The notes under the pieces are model-generated. The model did no database searches. It worked only from the letters and a program-made list of their open reading frames with translations, and was not told the origin of the DNA. From NCBI GenBank assembly GCA_051531975.1, contig JAOPTT010000006.1, positions 590,977 to 654,976 of the forward strand: 64,000 nucleotides of DNA, written 5' to 3'. This DNA is from Spirochaetaceae bacterium (lineage in GTDB: Bacteria; Spirochaetota; Spirochaetia; DSM-2461). Each line of letters starts with the position of its first letter. Position 1 is the stretch's first letter. Below are positions 58,829 to 64,000 of the stretch, one piece after another. The translations under genes were made by a program, and so were the position numbers.

Positions 58829-59614
58829 ATGAATGATGATGATTTATTTGACTTTCAAGACATTAGTTATTTGTGCTTAAGCAATAAAAATGTTTCTCAA
58901 ATCTTAGGAGTATCCGAAACAACATTTAGCCGATGGAAAAGAGGAAAATCTAGGATTGAAGATCCTAAATATATCTTTGGTCTTAAAATGATTAGTCAGA
59001 TCAGCTCAAAGCTAAATATTGTAGGCTCAAAAAACGATAAATTTTATGAATATTATTTTGCGAATATATTAAGATATAGATTTAATATGGATCATCTTTT
59101 TAAACATCCTGTATTCCCACCAGTAAGTAGTGTGTTTTTTGCTCTAGAGTTTTTACAAATACTAGATAGATATAATATCAAACTTGGTAATCTTTCATTT
59201 GGAAAAAATACCGATTACATTAGTTATTTAACGAATAAAGAAGGTAACCAATATGTAAGAAACAACAAGATTTACTACTTTGAAAATAGTATAAGCTATT
59301 CAGAAAGAAAAGAAATTGTATCAGGACTTGAATCGAACACAGAATCAATTATATATCATATAAATAAAAATAACGAAGTAATTTATTCTTGCCCTTCTGA
59401 AACCTTTGTTAAAAATGTGGATCAGAGCCATATTATAAATGACATAATATTTGCTCATATTGCTAACTTTTTAATTAATATGGAAGATTCTGAGTTTATT
59501 CTAGAACTATTAAATTCCATTACCGAAATTGATAATTTCGGTCTATTATATTTATACAACCACTATGCTTCCTTGGAAAAATATTGGAATTCTAAAGAAG
59601 ATAAGGAAAATTAA
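58829..59614 (+). CDS. Protein with N-terminal XRE-like HTH
   Basis: LSNKNVSQILGVSETTFSRWKRG. Confidence 0.7.
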   Translation: MNDDDLFDFQDISYLCLSNKNVSQILGVSETTFSRWKRGKSRIEDPKYIFGLKMISQISSKLNIVGSKNDKFYEYYFANILRYRFNMDHLFKHPVFPPVSSVFFALEFLQILDRYNIKLGNLSFGKNTDYISYLTNKEGNQYVRNNKIYYFENSISYSERKEIVSGLESNTESIIYHINKNNEVIYSCPSETFVKNVDQSHIINDIIFAHIANFLINMEDSEFILELLNSITEIDNFGLLYLYNHYASLEKYWNSKEDKEN

Positions 59615-59826
59615 AGTTAATAATATTATGTTTTCAAATAAAATGTTTTTTCATGGAGAAAACTTAATATATTAAAAATAAAAGGAGGTAAATAATAATT
59701 TTTATGTAATACATGGATTTAATATTTTTATTAGTCCATTGCTTCTATCTTGAATATTTTTATTCAGGATTTTAAATATGATTAAGATGAAAATCTAATC
59801 TATTTATTAATTATACAATCAAACTC

Positions 59827-60013
59827 GTAACTTTTGAGTTACAAATGATAACCATAGCTTGAATGCTATGTATATGACACATGTAACTTTGAGTTACAAA
59901 TGATAACCATAGCTTGAATGCTATGTATACGACACATGTAACTTTTGAGTTACAAATTACAACCATAGCTTGAATGCTATGCATACGACACACTGTAACC
60001 TTTGAGTTACAAA
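59827..60013. repeat. 55-57 bp tandem repeat (3 copies plus partial), candidate origin/operator array
   Basis: Units start 59827, 59883, 59938, 59995; each has GTAACT-tttg-AGTTAC and CATAGC-ttgaat-GCTATG. Confidence 0.92.
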
Positions 60014-60272
60014 ATAGATGGATATCTGTATTAAATTATTCTATTTATGCAGACATGTATGTGCAAAACATACTTATATTTTAATTTATTATGTGGAATG
60101 TGATAAAACATTAAAGTTTTATCAAAACTGGTAGTTTACTAGTTTTTAAAATTAAATGGTTGTTATGGTGTGCGTGTTAATGGTTTTTGTGTTGTATAAT
60201 CGTTCTTTTCAAAAGAAATAATCTTATACAGTAAATAAAATCTCTCGTCATATCCGTAAAAAGGATAGATTT

Positions 60273-60467
60273 ATGAACTTAATTAATGTAACTGAAGCGG
60301 CTGAGATGCTAAGGCTAAGCAAATATACAATTTATAAGTATTCCTCCCAAGGTATACTACCAAAAGTAAAAATTGGTAATAGAGTATCTTTTAGATCAAC
60401 AGATCTGGAAGAGTTTATTGAAAAGCATCGAGTAACTTGTACACAGTATAGCAAGGGAGGGAAGTAA
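60273..60467 (+). CDS. Excisionase-like HTH (HTH_17) protein
   Basis: NVTEAAEMLRLSKYTIYK...LPKVKIG-x-x-V-x-F-x-x-x-DLEEFI. Confidence 0.88.
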   Translation: MNLINVTEAAEMLRLSKYTIYKYSSQGILPKVKIGNRVSFRSTDLEEFIEKHRVTCTQYSKGGK

Positions 60468-60631
60468 TGAATTTCATTAAGTTGGTAGCGTATCTTTATA
60501 CACTTATCAAAACTAGTATCCACTTCCTATTGGTAGAATATGCTGATGGGGAAAAAACACCTCAACTATCTTCTGACAATAGTTATATTGCAAATACAAT
60601 ATTCATAATGAATAAGGTGGTTCTAGTATGA
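60467..60631 (+). CDS. 54-aa hypothetical protein
   Basis: GGAGG RBS; TAATG overlap upstream and ATGA overlap downstream; not in the ORF track. Confidence 0.55.
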   Translation: MNFIKLVAYLYTLIKTSIHFLLVEYADGEKTPQLSSDNSYIANTIFIMNKVVLV

Positions 60632-62280
60632 GTGATATGATTGAAAGAAACGTCAAATCTAGAGAAGACTTTATTCCTAAAGCTGAACCAGTAGAAAAAA
60701 TTAATATGAAGCTATTTAGAAATACTTTATTTGATAAGTTGAATGGGAAAGTTCCATATATTATTGTTGATGATAAAATACATGGTAGAGTTCCACACTA
60801 CATCGATAGTCATCAAGCTATCGAAGATAAAGAAATGGATAAGCTAAACAAGTTAGTGAGTGATGTTGTTGATGAGGCAATGAGTACTTATCAAGACTTA
60901 AATCTTGAAAAGAGTGTCATTAAAAAGATAGAAAACAGCTTATCATTTGAAGAAGATCTAAAAAAAAGTTTAGCGAGAAAATTAATAAGTGCTATGCCAG
61001 TCTATAAAGAAGAGGACTGTTATTCTAAGACTAAAATCCTTGCACAAAATGGACCGATAGATATAACTACTGGTGAGTTTGTTGATGTCTCAGAGAACGA
61101 GATCTTTTTAAGTATTATGGATGCATCTTACATTCCTGCTCATAATACGATTCCTGATATTATATGGAAGTATTTAAAAAGAGTTTTAGGAGAAACTACT
61201 TGGAATGGGGAGATTCTTTATGCATCAGATAAACGAGTTAATAGCTTTATAAATATACTTGCTTATATGATGACCGCAAGTACCTCTCTTAAGAAAATGG
61301 TGTTCATTCTGGGCCCAACAGGAACCGGAAAGTCTACTTTTATGAATTTCTTTTCTGATATGTTAAGCTCATATGCAGGTACATTATCTGCAGCTGCGTT
61401 AACACATAAACCTGGTCGAGATCCAGAATCCCAACCAGGATTTATTATGGTAAGAAATACACATACAGCAATAGGGGCTGAACCCGGTAAAAAGTACGTT
61501 TTTGCAGATGACATACTAAAGGTTGTTACGGGAAGAGATAAACTTAGTTTAAGAAAGGTAGGAGGTAATAATATTACATTTACACCTTTATTTACTATTT
61601 GCTTTACAGCTAACTTTTTTCCTAAGTTACCTGATATCCAAGATGAAGGAATGTGGTCGAGATTTTTAATTTGTGATTTTAAAAATCAATTTAAAGATGA
61701 TGAGGTAGATACATTATTCTCCGAAAAACTGAATGAACCAGATGTTAAAAATAAGTTCTTCTCAAGCTTAGTGAAAAGAGCTTCACAGTTTTATCAAAAT
61801 GGTGAAAAACTAGAAATTGATGAAAGTTTCTATAAAAACTTAGATTTCTATAAATTTCATCAAAGAGGTTCTTTTGAAAACTTTTTTGATGGTTGTTGCT
61901 ATGTTACTGGGCATAATTATGAGGTTACTAAAGCTAATGATATTTATGAGAGATACATTAGTTTTTGTAACACTCATGACATAGAACATATGAGGAAAGC
62001 TAATTTCTTCAAAGAACTAAAACATGTTGCTGATATTACTCAAGGTATTGAGAAAGTAAAAAGTAATCAGGTTCCATCATCATATCGTGGTATTCAAGTT
62101 GATCAGGTCTGCTGTTATCAGTATCAACAATTTGTTGCTATGCACAAAAATGATTCTGATTTAGAACCTTTATGGTATGGTGGTTCTACCCAAAATGTAA
62201 ATTTAAACAACCAATCAATAGGACACACACGTTCAGATCAGCAATTCAAAGAAGTGTTTAACAGAAAAAGATACGATTGA
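60628..62280 (+). CDS. P4/D5-type SF3 helicase (phage/plasmid primase C-terminal family)
   Basis: NG-x-ID-x-x-TG (D5_N), GPTGTGKST, K-x-x-TG-x-D, N-x-x-P...D-x-G-x-W-x-R, C-terminal winged helix. Confidence 0.88.
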   Translation: MSDMIERNVKSREDFIPKAEPVEKINMKLFRNTLFDKLNGKVPYIIVDDKIHGRVPHYIDSHQAIEDKEMDKLNKLVSDVVDEAMSTYQDLNLEKSVIKKIENSLSFEEDLKKSLARKLISAMPVYKEEDCYSKTKILAQNGPIDITTGEFVDVSENEIFLSIMDASYIPAHNTIPDIIWKYLKRVLGETTWNGEILYASDKRVNSFINILAYMMTASTSLKKMVFILGPTGTGKSTFMNFFSDMLSSYAGTLSAAALTHKPGRDPESQPGFIMVRNTHTAIGAEPGKKYVFADDILKVVTGRDKLSLRKVGGNNITFTPLFTICFTANFFPKLPDIQDEGMWSRFLICDFKNQFKDDEVDTLFSEKLNEPDVKNKFFSSLVKRASQFYQNGEKLEIDESFYKNLDFYKFHQRGSFENFFDGCCYVTGHNYEVTKANDIYERYISFCNTHDIEHMRKANFFKELKHVADITQGIEKVKSNQVPSSYRGIQVDQVCCYQYQQFVAMHKNDSDLEPLWYGGSTQNVNLNNQSIGHTRSDQQFKEVFNRKRYD

Positions 62281-62288
62281 TAGCTTCT

Positions 62289-62309
62289 CTCTAGCCCTCA
62301 GGGCTAGAG
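62289..62309 (+). terminator. Hairpin after the helicase gene
   Basis: CTCTAGCCC-tca-GGGCTAGAG; no T-run. Confidence 0.4.
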
Positions 62310-62348
62310 GATGAGCATTCTATAGAAAAAAATTGTCTGGTAGAGATT

Positions 62349-63110
62349 TTGATAAAATATGAATACCAAACAGTTATTAAGATAACACCTGATTATGCCA
62401 GATCTAAAACGATAGGAGAAAATAAAATGACAGATGCTGAAATAATGCAAGATATAAATAAACATATGAAAGATAAAGGAATCACACGATCTGAGCTAAA
62501 AAATGAGGACTATGGCGAATTCGAGAAAAGATATGCTCTGAGTAAAGCTAGGAAATCATATCTCAAGAAAATCCTAATTGAAGGAACAAATGCCGATATT
62601 GATGATCTATTTACTGGTAAAAGAAGTATACATAGCGTCATGAAGCACCTTGAGAAGCCTAAGAAGTTAAATGCTTTTACTAAAATAAAAGAGCATTTTG
62701 GTAGAAAACGTAGTTGTAATGCGATTATTACAACTAAGGATTTAGCTCTAGTCAAGTTCCATGAACCAAGAATTACTACAACTAAAGGTCTGGTTCTAGT
62801 AAAAGAGCATACTAACAGTGAAGCAATCAAACTATTACTAAAAAGGTTTCAGAATAGTACTAACCAGAACTCCAAGGAAATACTGATATATGCGGAGATA
62901 TTCTATGATCTTCAAATTAATAGACTAATAACTCTTTTGGAATACAAAGAGTACATAGCTATTCTGAAAGAGAAGATTAATTCTATCCAGTTTAACTATC
63001 CAAAAGACAAAACTTCATTTCATAACAAATTTGAGAAGTTTAAACTTGTTGTACGTTTAGATTCTCAAGAAGATCGCTACAGTATATTCCAGATGATGAA
63101 ACTGAAGTGA
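62349..63110 (+). CDS. Hypothetical basic protein
   Basis: Long ORF; likely start MTDAEI after AGGAG. Confidence 0.65.
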   Translation: MIKYEYQTVIKITPDYARSKTIGENKMTDAEIMQDINKHMKDKGITRSELKNEDYGEFEKRYALSKARKSYLKKILIEGTNADIDDLFTGKRSIHSVMKHLEKPKKLNAFTKIKEHFGRKRSCNAIITTKDLALVKFHEPRITTTKGLVLVKEHTNSEAIKLLLKRFQNSTNQNSKEILIYAEIFYDLQINRLITLLEYKEYIAILKEKINSIQFNYPKDKTSFHNKFEKFKLVVRLDSQEDRYSIFQMMKLK

Positions 63111-63329
63111 CAAATACAACAGTACATGTAAATGCTCTATAAGTGCATTAGATGTGATTTGTAAACGATTTGCAGTAATTTGTTTTCGTTTGCAAATCAA
63201 TTTGAGATGCTTCTAGCCCTTCTAATTGCTATGGAAATGTTAGATATAAGAGTCAGCTAAGTATTAGCACAACACTAGACTTTAAGTGCTCTTATTCACC
63301 CCTTTTACACCCCAAAAAAGGAGATTTGA

Positions 63330-63608
63330 ATGAAATTCAATCTAAATAACAAACCAAAAATCAGGAAAAAGAAACACGAAGATATTTCACTGAAAACTTT
63401 TAGAGAATGTGTGACAAAATTAATTCATAAAAAGAGATTTGTTAAATCTAGCTTAGATAATCCAAGGATTAAAATGGAGATAGATAAAATGAAGAGGCTA
63501 CGTGAAGCCTTAATAAAGGAAGCTATCGCTGATAGAGACTATACAACTACATTTCCTCTATCAGAAGAGGAAGAAATGGAATTAATCAAAGAAGCTTTTA
63601 GTATGTAA
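63330..63608 (+). CDS. Hypothetical protein
   Basis: AAGGGAG RBS; followed by a terminator. Confidence 0.65.
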   Translation: MKFNLNNKPKIRKKKHEDISLKTFRECVTKLIHKKRFVKSSLDNPRIKMEIDKMKRLREALIKEAIADRDYTTTFPLSEEEEMELIKEAFSM

Positions 63609-63658
63609 AGTTTTCTGTGTAACTGTCAATACAACGATTAGTAACCTAATAATCGATG

Positions 63659-63691
63659 GAAAGACCTGTTAATAGCAGGTCTTTCTATTTT
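63659..63691 (+). terminator. Intrinsic terminator
   Basis: GAAAGACCTGTT / AGCAGGTCTTTC hairpin plus TATTTT. Confidence 0.7.
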
Positions 63692-64000
63692 ATAAGACAT
63701 ATATTAGTGAACTATAAAAAATCTATCTATACCACCAATAGTAGGTTTTTATACATACCTCTGGATATATTCAAGATTTTAACCTTATTAAGCAGTCTTA
63801 TATCCAGAGGTTACTTAGTATATTGTTTCGTCTACTAGGGATACTAGTTCCCTAAGAAAAACCTTATATAACAACCTAGTGGAACTCTTAATTATTAGGT
63901 TTATCTATAGAAAGATTCCAATTACAGCTTTTCTCAATCTTAGCAATGTTTTCAATCATTTTAAATAGGAAATCAGAAGTTACAGTTTCACTGCAACAAT

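Larger units (their letters stand above)
1255..64000. mobile_element. Large integrative element / genomic island at the ssrA 3' end; right end outside the window
   Basis: Integrase ~100 bp after tmRNA; defence cargo, ArdC/RadC/ParB/SSB module, Xis-like HTH and P4-type helicase; no housekeeping genes after 1254; no second copy of the tmRNA 3' end seen. Confidence 0.85.

Noticed and set aside
59811..59993. 60-aa ORF in the track
   Set aside because: Translation of the tandem repeat, whose units differ by single-base indels; no RBS.
59827..60013. CRISPR array
   Set aside because: Sequences between palindromes are near-identical rather than unique spacers, and no cas genes are present.
192..62830. 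Short ORFs antisense to or nested in long genes (e.g. 192, 1734, 1996, 6125, 9991, 10708, 18562, 37503, 49670, 53492, 61263, 62510)
   Set aside because: Shadow frames of well-supported genes, without RBS or motifs.
60273..63608. Prophage
   Set aside because: No terminase, capsid, tail or lysis genes in the window.
1255..64000. attR copy of the tmRNA 3' end
   Set aside because: Not found by eye; the boundary is probably beyond the window.

Overview
AT-rich bacterial window, probably from a spirochaete (inferred from the tmRNA tag starting AKKEDEV, the short MNSLNSILLEG-type SSB and spirochaete-style lipoboxes). Bases 1-1254 are host chromosome: the end of a cytochrome P460-like gene, a DOMON protein and ssrA (tmRNA). 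The rest appears to be one large integrative element inserted at the tmRNA 3' end; no attR is visible, so it probably runs past the window. It has four parts. (i) A tyrosine integrase with flanking recombination-type motifs. (ii) A ~32 kb defence island (3-35 kb): HNH nuclease, Panacea-domain toxin-antitoxin pair, three RxxxxH/HEPN-like proteins, a type I R-M system with a KAP NTPase between hsdS and hsdR, CBS-HEPN, TPR-MBL hydrolase, metallophosphoesterase-STAND, a SAM methyltransferase + NDT-like/Mrr pair between attC-like repeats, and DUF2971. (iii) A leading-region-like operon (four tandem RadC/JAB paralogs, Sak4-like ATPase, ParB-like, ArdC) with repeated hairpin leaders, a divergent ssb and an oriT candidate. 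(iv) Surface/secreted cargo, then a replication module (56-bp double-palindrome repeats, Xis-like HTH, P4/D5-type SF3 helicase). Best candidates for new biology: the MPE-STAND/TPR-MBL/CBS-HEPN block, the structured-RNA + 579-aa protein + DUF4258-like unit at 42.6-44.9 kb, the RadC array with its Ile-rich leader peptide, and the MTase-NDT/Mrr unit. All family calls come from reading motifs by eye; no database searches were run.
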